From contig OZ244160.1 in the NCBI GenBank assembly GCA_965216325.1, positions 2,176,001-2,240,000 of the forward strand: DNA of 64,000 nucleotides, written 5' to 3'. The position numbers were made by a program, and so were the translations under genes. This document shows positions 42,670 through 52,773 of this stretch, in pieces (positions within the stretch are counted from its first letter, which is position 1; each line of letters opens with the position of its first letter). Below the pieces are notes generated by a model. It had not been told where the DNA came from and searched no databases. It worked only from the letters and a program-made list of their open reading frames with translations. This DNA is from Coraliomargarita sp. Lineage in GTDB: Bacteria; Verrucomicrobiota; Verrucomicrobiia; Opitutales; Coraliomargaritaceae.

Positions 42670-43629
42670 CTAGAGGTTGAATAGATGCTCAAAGTAGGCT
42701 CGTTTGGCTTTCGGGTCGTAGATGGCGATCGATTTGTTCGGGCCTTTGGCGATGAGCCCATCGCTGATTTTTGCGCTGATCTCGTTCTGCCATTCTTGAA
42801 ATGCTTCGAATGGGATGTCTCCGTCCGGGGTGATGGGCTGTCCGCCTTTACCTTCGCTGGTAGGAATGTAGGCTTTGTAGCGACTGACGATTTCCTGATT
42901 CATCATGCGGCGTATGGTCATATCATTGTTTTCGGCCCAAATTTTAAAGTTCTCTGCACTGATGTCGAATTCGTAGACCTGCACTTGCTTGGATTTGTAG
43001 TAGGAGATGTTGCTGGCGCTCTTCGGCAGCCAGTTCACTCGCTTGACGTTTTCGGCGTAGTCAGGAGCGCTGCTCATGAAGAAAAAGACTGCGAGCGGTA
43101 GTGCGATGAAACATGCAATTAGGCCATATAGAGCGCGAACGTCGCGACGTGTCTTTGGTTTGAAGGATTCGAGCGCGTCTTCGTAGAAGCGGAGTGTGAT
43201 GTTTGCTCGGGTCTTTGTCTTGCCTTCGCGGGCAATGAGTTCTTCGTAGGAACTGAGGCGCCAGCGTTTTTGTAGCTTGTTGTAGTGCTCCAGTGCCTCT
43301 TTTTCGAGGGCCTGTTCGGCTGCGTGGGTGGTGTCGATGCGAAGGACGCTGATGTAGCCTTCGTGGGTTACGGAGGTCCAGCCAGAGCTTTCGTTGCGGA
43401 AGTAGCCGCCGAGTTGGAAGCTGTCCATATTCCAGCGGCGATGGCCTGCGTAGATGACTTTGGTATCATCGTCGAAGGGGCCATTGTAAAAGTCCAAGCG
43501 GACTTGGTTGTCCTTGAGCCCAGCGTCTTTTTGGTAAGTCTTTTGCTTATCTTTGCTGGTAAATGCGCCTAAAGCATGTAGTGAGCCGTCGGAGTCGACT
43601 CGCACTAGGATATGCAGATAGGGTAGCAT
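42670..43629 (-). CDS. Hypothetical single-TM protein
   Basis: 319-aa ORF with GGAGG-free leader and central TM helix. Confidence 0.6.
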   Translation of the reverse strand: MLPYLHILVRVDSDGSLHALGAFTSKDKQKTYQKDAGLKDNQVRLDFYNGPFDDDTKVIYAGHRRWNMDSFQLGGYFRNESSGWTSVTHEGYISVLRIDTTHAAEQALEKEALEHYNKLQKRWRLSSYEELIAREGKTKTRANITLRFYEDALESFKPKTRRDVRALYGLIACFIALPLAVFFFMSSAPDYAENVKRVNWLPKSASNISYYKSKQVQVYEFDISAENFKIWAENNDMTIRRMMNQEIVSRYKAYIPTSEGKGGQPITPDGDIPFEAFQEWQNEISAKISDGLIAKGPNKSIAIYDPKAKRAYFEHLFNL

Positions 43630-43929
43630 TGGAGGTTATTTAGGCGGTTTAGCGATCGGGGGAAGTTGCTAATAGTGATGTTTTTTCTGAGATGTTGACG
43701 TCAGAGTCAACACTGGAGGGGTGTATCGAATCTGCGGATACTCCAGGACTCAATCGTTTTATTGGTTAAATATGTATCCCTCGCTTTGATAGAAGTGTTG
43801 AAGATGGGCTGGATCGTAACAGCGTTTGTTGCTTGAGGGGTATTGTTACTCTTTCAGTGGTATGGTAAGACTGTCCGTTGAGCTCAGGGCTATAACCTTT
43901 GCTGGTCTTGAGGGATTTGTGTTGAACCC

Positions 43930-43964
43930 AAAAAAAGCCCGACCTCTATTCGGAGGGGCCGGGC
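43930..43964 (-). terminator. Intrinsic terminator after mdh
   Basis: GCCCG..CGGGC stem followed by T7 on the minus strand. Confidence 0.7.
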
Positions 43965-43990
43965 GGTGGGTTTGAGCTAGTTTGCGTTGC

Positions 43991-44974
<984 letters not shown>

Positions 44975-45085
44975 AATCTTATACTCGATTTAGGTTTTAG
45001 GTGAATACGGAAGAGTTAAGAGCGCTCGCCCATGAAAGCAAATCTAATATTGCCTTGAGTTTTAATTAGATCCGCTAACTGGTTG

Positions 45086-46138
45086 CTAGCTGAACAGTGG
45101 AGCCAATTCGGTGTGTGCCTGCTTGATGATCTGCTCGGTGGTCTCCCAGTCGATACAGCCATCGGTGATGGAGACGCCATACTTGAGGTCTTCAACGGGT
45201 TGTGGGAAGCTTTGGTTGCCTGCATTGATGTTGCCTTCGATCATGGCGCCGATGACGCTCTTGTCGGTGAGGCTTTGACGGACCAGTTCTTGGAAAACTG
45301 CAGGCTGGCGCGCGGGGTCTTTGGAGCTGTTGGCGTGGCTGCAGTCGATCATGATGGCCGGAGTGAGGCCTGCGGACGCGAGTTTTTCACGCGCTTCAGC
45401 AACGTCATCGGCGCCGTAGTTCGGGCCCTTGGAGCCACCGCGGAGCACGATGTGGCAGTTTGGATTGCCGCTTGTGGTGATTGCGTTGGCTTGGCCCTGG
45501 TTGTCGATGCCGAGGAAGGTTTGTTCTTGGCTGGCAGCCTTGATCGCGTTGATCGCGACGCCAAGGCCGCCATCGGTGCCATTTTTAAAGCCGAGCGGCA
45601 TGGAGAGGCCGGAGGCCATTTGTCGGTGGGTCTGGCTCTCGGTGGTGCGGGCGCCAATTGCGGACCAGCATACCAAGTCGGCAATGTATTGCGGTGTAAT
45701 GGGGTCGAGGAGCTCGGTCGCGGTTGGCACGCCGAGGTCAATGACTTCCTTGAGAAAGCTGCGTGCGATACGCAAACCGGCTGGGATGTCGCTGGTGCCG
45801 TCGAGCTTTGGATCCATGATTAGCCCCTTCCAGCCTACTGTGGTACGTGGCTTTTCGAAGTAAACGCGCATTACCAAAAGCATGCGGTCTTTAACCTCTT
45901 CGGCGAGCTTCGCGATTTTTTGGGCGTATTCGCGTCCAGCTTCGAGATCATGGATGGAGCATGGGCCGACTACAACCAGCAGGCGACGGTCGTCACCAAA
46001 AATGATCTTGTTGATCGCTTCGCGGCTTTCGGCGACAAATTTTTGGGCGGCTTCTGTTTTTTGAATCTCCTCGCAGAGCGCAATTGGAGAGGGAAGCAGC
46101 GTCTTGGATGTAATATTGATATCGGTGACAGTTTTCAC
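45086..46138 (-). CDS. DAHP synthase, class I-alpha (AroF/G/H)
   Basis: GPCSIHD, RVYFEKPRTTVGWKG, AIGARTTESQTHR, FKNGTDG, IDCSHANS, SITDGC. Confidence 0.95.
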   Translation of the reverse strand: MKTVTDINITSKTLLPSPIALCEEIQKTEAAQKFVAESREAINKIIFGDDRRLLVVVGPCSIHDLEAGREYAQKIAKLAEEVKDRMLLVMRVYFEKPRTTVGWKGLIMDPKLDGTSDIPAGLRIARSFLKEVIDLGVPTATELLDPITPQYIADLVCWSAIGARTTESQTHRQMASGLSMPLGFKNGTDGGLGVAINAIKAASQEQTFLGIDNQGQANAITTSGNPNCHIVLRGGSKGPNYGADDVAEAREKLASAGLTPAIMIDCSHANSSKDPARQPAVFQELVRQSLTDKSVIGAMIEGNINAGNQSFPQPVEDLKYGVSITDGCIDWETTEQIIKQAHTELAPLFS

Positions 46139-46204
46139 AGTGCGCGATCTGTAAGGCACAGATAGTGAGGGAACAAGGCAGAAGTTTGCTCTTCTTTGGG
46201 GGTG

Positions 46205-46288
46205 AGTGGTCAAATTTGACCACTTGTCATGCCAGAGTCATATTTTTCATAAAATCTCGGGATATTTCAAATTGGCATGGTGGGTGCT
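46205..46288 (+). promoter_or_regulatory. Perfect 20-bp palindrome and sigma54-type promoter upstream of amtB
   Basis: AGTGGTCAAATTTGACCACT (46205-46224); TTGGCATGGTGGGTGCT with GG-N10-GC (46272-46288). Confidence 0.65.
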
Positions 46289-46383
46289 TGGGTGGACCCA
46301 GATTCGTATTTAGTCGAATCACCAATCGAGCCGCAAGGCTCAGGACTCAACAACACATATATAAAAACCTAACACAACTAATC

Positions 46384-47826
46384 ATGAAGATTAAACAATA
46401 TCTACTCGCGCTGCTGCTAGGCTGTGTCGCTCTATTTAGTGCGTCGCCTGCAGTTGCAGAAGAAGAGGTCGATGAAGCGGCTGTTGCTGCTGCGATTGAA
46501 CTGTCGCTTGCGCCTGCGAAGGCTGCAGCTGCAGCTGGTGACGGTAACGCTGCCGATTATATCGCAATGGTCGAAGAGCAAGGTTTGGGTGCATACGCAT
46601 TCGACTTCTTTACGATCTCGATGCTCTGGACAGTGATCGCTGCTGCTTTGGTGTTCGTTATGCACCTTGGTTTCGCAACGCTTGAGGCTGGTCTGACGCA
46701 GTCCAAGAACACTGTTAACATTCTGTTCAAGAATGTATTCATTATCTGCATCGGTCTGCTTACATACGCTGCGGTTGGTTTTAACACTCACTACCCATGT
46801 GGCTCTTGGATCATCGAGAACGTGCTCGCTCTTAATGGACCACTTGGTGCTGGCAATGTGGACGACACTTGGGGCTACGGTGGCCTTAGCTTGGCAATGA
46901 CCGGCTATGGTGACTTCATCTTCCAGGCGATGTTCGCTGCAACTGCGGCTACGATCGTTTCCGGTGCGGTTGCTGAGCGTGTTAAGCTTACAAGCTTCAT
47001 GATTTTCGCTACGCTTCTTGTAGCATTTGCTTACCCAATGGTTGGTGCATGGCACTGGGGTGAAGGCTGGTTGAACCAAATGGAAAACCCATTCTACGAC
47101 TTCGCTGGTTCGACTGTGGTTCACGCGTTCGGTGGTTTTGCCGCTCTCGCTTGTGTGATCGTTCTCGGTCCACGTGCTGGCAAGTATGTTGACGGTCGCA
47201 TCAAGCCGATCCTCGGCCACAGCATGCCGCTTGCAACTATCGGTGTATTCCTCCTTTTCCTCGGTTGGTTCGGTTTCAATGGTGGTTCCGTTCTTTCCGC
47301 GAACCCAGCTGGTGTTGGTCTTGTATTTGTAACAACTGCTCTCGCGGCAGCTGCTGGTGGTCTTGCTTCCATTATCGTATCCTGGAGTTTCCTCAAGAAG
47401 CCTGACCTCTCCATGGCATTGAATGGTATTCTTGCCGGTCTGGTTGGTATCACAGCTGGTGCTGACGCAATGGGCCCATGGGCTTCTGTGATCGTCGGTG
47501 CAATCGCCGGTGCGATCGTTGTTTTCTCCATCATCTTCTTCGACAAGATCAAGATCGACGATCCAGTCGGTGCGATCTCTGTTCACGGTGTATGTGGTAT
47601 CTGGGGCACACTTGCAGTCGCGTTCTTCGGCGGTGCTAGCTTTATGTCTCAGCTTATCGGTGTGGTTGCTGTTTCTCTTGCAGCTTTCATCTTCTCCATC
47701 GTCGTATTCGGCCTGCTCAAGGTTGTCATGGGTGTGCGTGTCTCTCCTGAGGAAGAAGCTGAAGGCCTCGATATCGGTGAGCACGGTCAAGAAGCATATC
47801 CTGACTTCGCTGGTAGCGCTCGCTAA
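46384..47826 (+). CDS. amtB: Ammonium transporter
   Basis: FQAMFAAT, SGAVAER, DFAGSTVVH, GWFGFNGGS, IDDPVGAISVHG, GLD..EHG. Confidence 0.95.
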   Translation: MKIKQYLLALLLGCVALFSASPAVAEEEVDEAAVAAAIELSLAPAKAAAAAGDGNAADYIAMVEEQGLGAYAFDFFTISMLWTVIAAALVFVMHLGFATLEAGLTQSKNTVNILFKNVFIICIGLLTYAAVGFNTHYPCGSWIIENVLALNGPLGAGNVDDTWGYGGLSLAMTGYGDFIFQAMFAATAATIVSGAVAERVKLTSFMIFATLLVAFAYPMVGAWHWGEGWLNQMENPFYDFAGSTVVHAFGGFAALACVIVLGPRAGKYVDGRIKPILGHSMPLATIGVFLLFLGWFGFNGGSVLSANPAGVGLVFVTTALAAAAGGLASIIVSWSFLKKPDLSMALNGILAGLVGITAGADAMGPWASVIVGAIAGAIVVFSIIFFDKIKIDDPVGAISVHGVCGIWGTLAVAFFGGASFMSQLIGVVAVSLAAFIFSIVVFGLLKVVMGVRVSPEEEAEGLDIGEHGQEAYPDFAGSAR

Positions 47827-47858
47827 TCCGCCAAGCCAATTAACCATCAACCATCTAA

Positions 47859-48209
<351 letters not shown>

Positions 48210-48248
48210 GCTTCTCGGACTCAAACATTACTCTCTTCTGAGTCCACT

Positions 48249-48282
48249 GCGGTCATCCCTTCGGGGGTGGCCGCTTCTTTTT
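48249..48282 (+). terminator. Intrinsic terminator after amtB-PII
   Basis: GCGGTCATCCC-TTCG-GGGGTGGCCGC followed by TTCTTTTT. Confidence 0.8.
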
Positions 48283-48447
48283 GCAGGCCATCTTGCTCCT
48301 ACTCAAAATGGCGGAGGGGATTACGATTAAGAGTAGGATTATGATTAAGATGTGAGTGCAGGCGCATCTGCGCTACACCTTGAATTGTTTACCTGAATTT
48401 TTTTCAAAAAGGTGGAACTCTTCTTGGGGAGTGCTGACTACCATAGC

Positions 48448-48548
48448 ATCAACCGTGGGTTGAATCATTTTTTCATATGAGTTAGTTAGGGTAACTAAGG
48501 TTAGCAGTGAGCCTCGTCTTCAATAGGAGTCGGGGCTCTTTGTTTTTT
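48448..48548 (+). ncRNA. Candidate sRNA copy 1 (ECF-sigma promoter)
   Basis: GGAACT-N16-GACTA promoter, 5' hairpin TCAACC/GGTTGA, terminator GAGCCTCG..CGGGGCTC-TTTGTTTTTT. Confidence 0.65.
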
Positions 48549-48663
48549 GTGAGCTCGCTTGATGGTTGGCGGTCAATGCATAGCGCTTGTGGGCTGGATG
48601 TATGTCCTTCGAGTTTGTGTAGAATTTTTGGAACTCTTTTGCTGGGGCGCTGACTACCGTCGT

Positions 48664-48764
48664 ATCAACCGTGGGTTGAATCATTTTTTCATATGAGTTA
48701 GTTAGGGTAACTAAGGTTAGCAGTGAGCCCCGTCTTCAATAGGAGTCGGGGCTCTTTGTTTTTT
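48664..48764 (+). ncRNA. Candidate sRNA copy 2 (ECF-sigma promoter)
   Basis: Same architecture as copy 1; spacer diverged while -35/-10 and transcribed part are conserved. Confidence 0.65.
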
Positions 48765-48827
48765 ATGAGCTCGCTTGATGGTTGGCGGTCAATGCATAGC
48801 GCTTGTGGGCTGGATGTTGGGCTTCTA

Positions 48828-48908
48828 TGTGAATAAACGCGCTCCTCGATTTGAGAAACGCGTTATTGGGGTGGACCGGGGGATAGCCGATCCGAGGACT
48901 AAGAAGTT
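48828..48908 (-). ncRNA. Candidate sRNA 3 (ECF-sigma promoter, convergent)
   Basis: GGAACC-N16-GTCTA at 48942-48916, C-rich middle, terminal hairpin AACGCGTTTCTC/GAGGAGCGCGTT-TATT. Confidence 0.5.
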
Positions 48909-49210
48909 GCTAATGTAGACCATTAGCTGAGGCTAAGGTTCCATATTCGAATACGAAAATGCCCTCGAGGGGCGGGGCGATTAAGGGGCTTGAAGCTGTA
49001 TTAAAGCTATATGTTTGGTGTCATTAGGTTGGCGGGCAGGTTCCTGTCGATCTGTGGACTGCCGATGCCTGAGTTGAGTTTAATGTCGACGGGGCTGAGT
49101 TCGATGTGTGGCTCATTGGCCGCCAGTTCGGATGTCTCTATTGGCTCGTCGACGACTGCTTCTGGGCTAAAGGAAAATTCAATTACCACGGGTGCTTTGG
49201 AGAGTGTGCT

Positions 49211-49879
49211 CTATAGGCGCTTGAGGTATTTTTTATCGTTCTTGTCGATGAAGAGCACGCGCTTGTCTTGGATGATATAAACTTTAAGTCCAAGGCTGTA
49301 GTTGACGGTGTCACCCACGCTGTAGGCGTCGTCGTTGAGCAGGACTTTACTTTCGGTGCCTGAGAGGCGCACGCCGGAGATGCTGACCTTGCTGAGCCAG
49401 TCGATGATTTTTGGGTCGGGCTGGGCGGCGGCTTTGCGTGCAGCTTCCTCTTCGGCTGCTTTCTTGGCGGCGGCTGCGGCGAGTTCGGCTTCTCGTTGGC
49501 GTGCCGCTTCTGCCTCTGCCGCTTCACGTGCGCGCTGGAGTTCAGCGAGCACCTTGGGCGATTCTGCGGGGGTGAGTGGTGCGCTGATGGTTGCTGCGGG
49601 TTCTGCGGGTGCGCTCTCTTGTGGCTTGGCTTGCGCGGTGTTGATTGCTGGTGCCGGTTCGGCAATGGGCTCTTCCTTGAGTAGCATGACCGCAAGGACG
49701 GCGATCAGTCCGAGCATGACGGCGAAAGCCGCGACGAGTCCAAGTGTCAGTCCCATGTTCGGGCCTCGCTTAGGGCTGGGCGGTGTTGAAATGGTGTTGC
49801 TGCCGGAAAGCGATGGTGATGAGGGCGCACTGCTGCGGTCGCGTTGGGCCTTTTTGAGGGCTTGGTTGATCAGGCTCAT
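49211..49879 (-). CDS. GspB/ExeB-like protein
   Basis: [15 protein letters not shown]-terminus, TM, C-terminal VLLND..Y.VGD; downstream of exeA. Confidence 0.75.
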   Translation of the reverse strand: MSLINQALKKAQRDRSSAPSSPSLSGSNTISTPPSPKRGPNMGLTLGLVAAFAVMLGLIAVLAVMLLKEEPIAEPAPAINTAQAKPQESAPAEPAATISAPLTPAESPKVLAELQRAREAAEAEAARQREAELAAAAAKKAAEEEAARKAAAQPDPKIIDWLSKVSISGVRLSGTESKVLLNDDAYSVGDTVNYSLGLKVYIIQDKRVLFIDKNDKKYLKRL

Positions 49880-49998
49880 ACTGGGAGTGAGAGTAAAAGT
49901 GGTCGTGAGGGTGGTTCAGGGTGTTGGCTGTTGGTGGAGTAGCAGTCTCGCCTGAGCCTTCTCTGTTGCTGTGAACACAGGCGGGGCGCCTGTGCTAC

Positions 49999-50823
<825 letters not shown>

Positions 50824-50900
50824 GGTGAGACGGAATCTTCTGAGCTTATTGGGAGATTACCCTTTTCAAGTGTGTGGAAATGGCTTCTTTATCGGTGCGA

Positions 50901-51206
50901 ATGCCGAAGGATTCTGCACAGAAAAAAGAGCGCGTGCTCCTGCTGATGATGCTGGGGGTGTTGATTGTGTTGGTAGTGTTTTTTAGCAGTCTCATTTTGC
51001 AGACGCATCGTGAATACAAGCACTTTAAGGAACGAGAAGCTAGGATTGAGGCTAAGCTCACTCAAGCCCGAAAAGAGTTCGAACAGAAAGAGGCTTATTT
51101 GGCGAGTATGTTGGAAGATCCTGAGTTTCTCGAGCGTGTGGCTCGCGAGCGGCTTGGATACTCACGTCCGGATGAAATGCTTTTTCGCTTCGAGGACGAA
51201 CCCTGA
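50901..51206 (+). CDS. Septum formation initiator (FtsB/DivIC family)
   Basis: TM, coiled coil, DPEFLERVARERLGY.RPDE. Confidence 0.85.
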   Translation: MPKDSAQKKERVLLLMMLGVLIVLVVFFSSLILQTHREYKHFKEREARIEAKLTQARKEFEQKEAYLASMLEDPEFLERVARERLGYSRPDEMLFRFEDEP

Positions 51207-51315
51207 TTTACTTGTGGGGTGTTTGCCTCGGTGAGCTTTAACTAGGATTTTACGTGCTCCAGTGTTCGGGGTTTGCATTTTCTGTGTCTGAGGCTAGGCA
51301 AGTGGGCTCCTAGTT

Positions 51316-52746
51316 ATGAAGACAACTGTAGAATCCCTGATCTCGACTTTTGAACAGGCCGGCCAAGGCCAGGTATTTCGCTACTTTGCTGAACTTGGCG
51401 AGGACGCGAAGGCGAAGCTAATTGCTCAGGCGGAGACGATTGATCTGGTAGAGATCAATGCCCTCGTGGATGAGCATATCAAAGGCGAGCGCCATAGTGG
51501 TGTAAATTTGGATGGTTTGGAGCCTGCTCCGTTCGTGCCGTTGCCGGGAAATGGTGGTGATGCAGGGCAGTGGGCTGCGGCAACTGAGGCTGGCGAAGAG
51601 GCGATTCGTGCGGGCCGAGTGGCTGCTTTCTGTGTGGCTGGTGGTCAAGGCACGCGCCTCGGCTATGATGGACCAAAGGGCACCTACCCGGTGACGCCGC
51701 TGACGCAGAAGACGCTCTTCCAAGTGTTTGCTGAGAAGATTGGGCGCAGTAGTGCACGCTATGGCACAACGATTCACTGGTTCATTTTGACTAGTGAGAT
51801 TAACAACGCTGCGACCGTCGCGGCGTTCGAGGAGAATGACTATTTTGGCCTGCCAAAGGATAGCGTGCATTTTATCGTGCAGGGTTTGATTGCTGCGGTC
51901 GACAAGGAGGGTAAGATTCTGCTTTCGGACAAGGATTTGGTCGCGCGCACCCCGGACGGTCACGGCGGTTCGCTGCGTGCGCTGGTGCGCAGCGGTGCGA
52001 TTGCAAAGATGGAAGCGCTCGGCGTGGATTGTGTGAGCTATTTTCAGGTGGATAACCCGCTCATCCGTATCATTGATCCGGCCTTTATCGGCTTCCACGT
52101 TCAAGGAGAGTCCGAGCTGTCTTCAAAGATGATTCCAAAGGCGTATCCGTTGGAGAAGGTGGGCCACTTCTGTGCGCAGAATGGGAGCAATGTGGTTGTC
52201 GAATACAGCGACATGCCGAATGAAATGCAGGAAGAGACCAACGAGGATGGCAGCTTGCGCTTCATTGCGGGGAGCGTTGCGATTCATGTGTTCGACCGTG
52301 ACTTTATTGCGCGTGCGGGTGGTGACTCTGCGGATGTGCAGCTTCCATTCCATCGCGCGGATAAGAAGATTCCGTTTGTCGATGCAGATGGTTCGGTGGT
52401 GACGCCTGATGCCGCGAATGGTGTGAAGTTTGAGATGTTTGTCTTCGATGCGCTGCCTCTGGCAAAGAATCCAGTCATCATCGAGTCGGCGCGTGAAGAC
52501 GACTTTAGCCCAGTAAAGAATGCCGAGGGCGTTGACTCGCCGAAGTCCTGCGCGGACGACCAGCTGCGCATGTTTGCACGTTGGCTCAAGGCTGCGGGCG
52601 AAACGCTTGAGACGGACGCGTCGGGCCTCCCTGCAATCCGGTTTGAGATTAGCCATACGTTTGCGGCTGACGAAGCCGATTTCGTGGCTCAATGGAGTGC
52701 GCTTGGCACAAAGCCTGCAATCGCTGAAGGTCTCATTATTGAATAA
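51316..52746 (+). CDS. UDPGP-family (UAP1-like) UDP-N-acetylhexosamine pyrophosphorylase
   Basis: AGGQGTRLG..GPKG, PDGHGG, VDNPL, EKVG, VEYS, KFEMFVFD, FSPVKNA. Confidence 0.88.
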   Translation: MKTTVESLISTFEQAGQGQVFRYFAELGEDAKAKLIAQAETIDLVEINALVDEHIKGERHSGVNLDGLEPAPFVPLPGNGGDAGQWAAATEAGEEAIRAGRVAAFCVAGGQGTRLGYDGPKGTYPVTPLTQKTLFQVFAEKIGRSSARYGTTIHWFILTSEINNAATVAAFEENDYFGLPKDSVHFIVQGLIAAVDKEGKILLSDKDLVARTPDGHGGSLRALVRSGAIAKMEALGVDCVSYFQVDNPLIRIIDPAFIGFHVQGESELSSKMIPKAYPLEKVGHFCAQNGSNVVVEYSDMPNEMQEETNEDGSLRFIAGSVAIHVFDRDFIARAGGDSADVQLPFHRADKKIPFVDADGSVVTPDAANGVKFEMFVFDALPLAKNPVIIESAREDDFSPVKNAEGVDSPKSCADDQLRMFARWLKAAGETLETDASGLPAIRFEISHTFAADEADFVAQWSALGTKPAIAEGLIIE

Positions 52747-52773
52747 TTACCGTTTAACTCTAATCTAGGAACT

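Larger units (their letters stand above)
48414..48817 (+). repeat. Two direct repeats of about 188 bp, 216-bp period
   Basis: 48414-48601 and 48630-48817 nearly identical. Confidence 0.95.

Noticed and set aside
46432..47850. Long antisense ORFs (also 12688-13818, 53716-54726, 57396-58388, 58735-59673)
   Set aside because: Shadow frames of genes with strong codon bias; no independent motifs
48464..48476. Minus-strand mini-ORF ATG AAA AAA TGA (MKK*) with a good leader
   Set aside because: Promoter and terminator polarity both point to the plus strand; kept only as an alternative reading of the sRNA seed
48414..48817. CRISPR array
   Set aside because: Only two long (~188 bp) copies, no short repeat-spacer periodicity and no cas genes in the window
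49007..49189. 60-aa ORF downstream of exeB-like gene
   Set aside because: GTG start, no motif; cannot be supported from sequence alone
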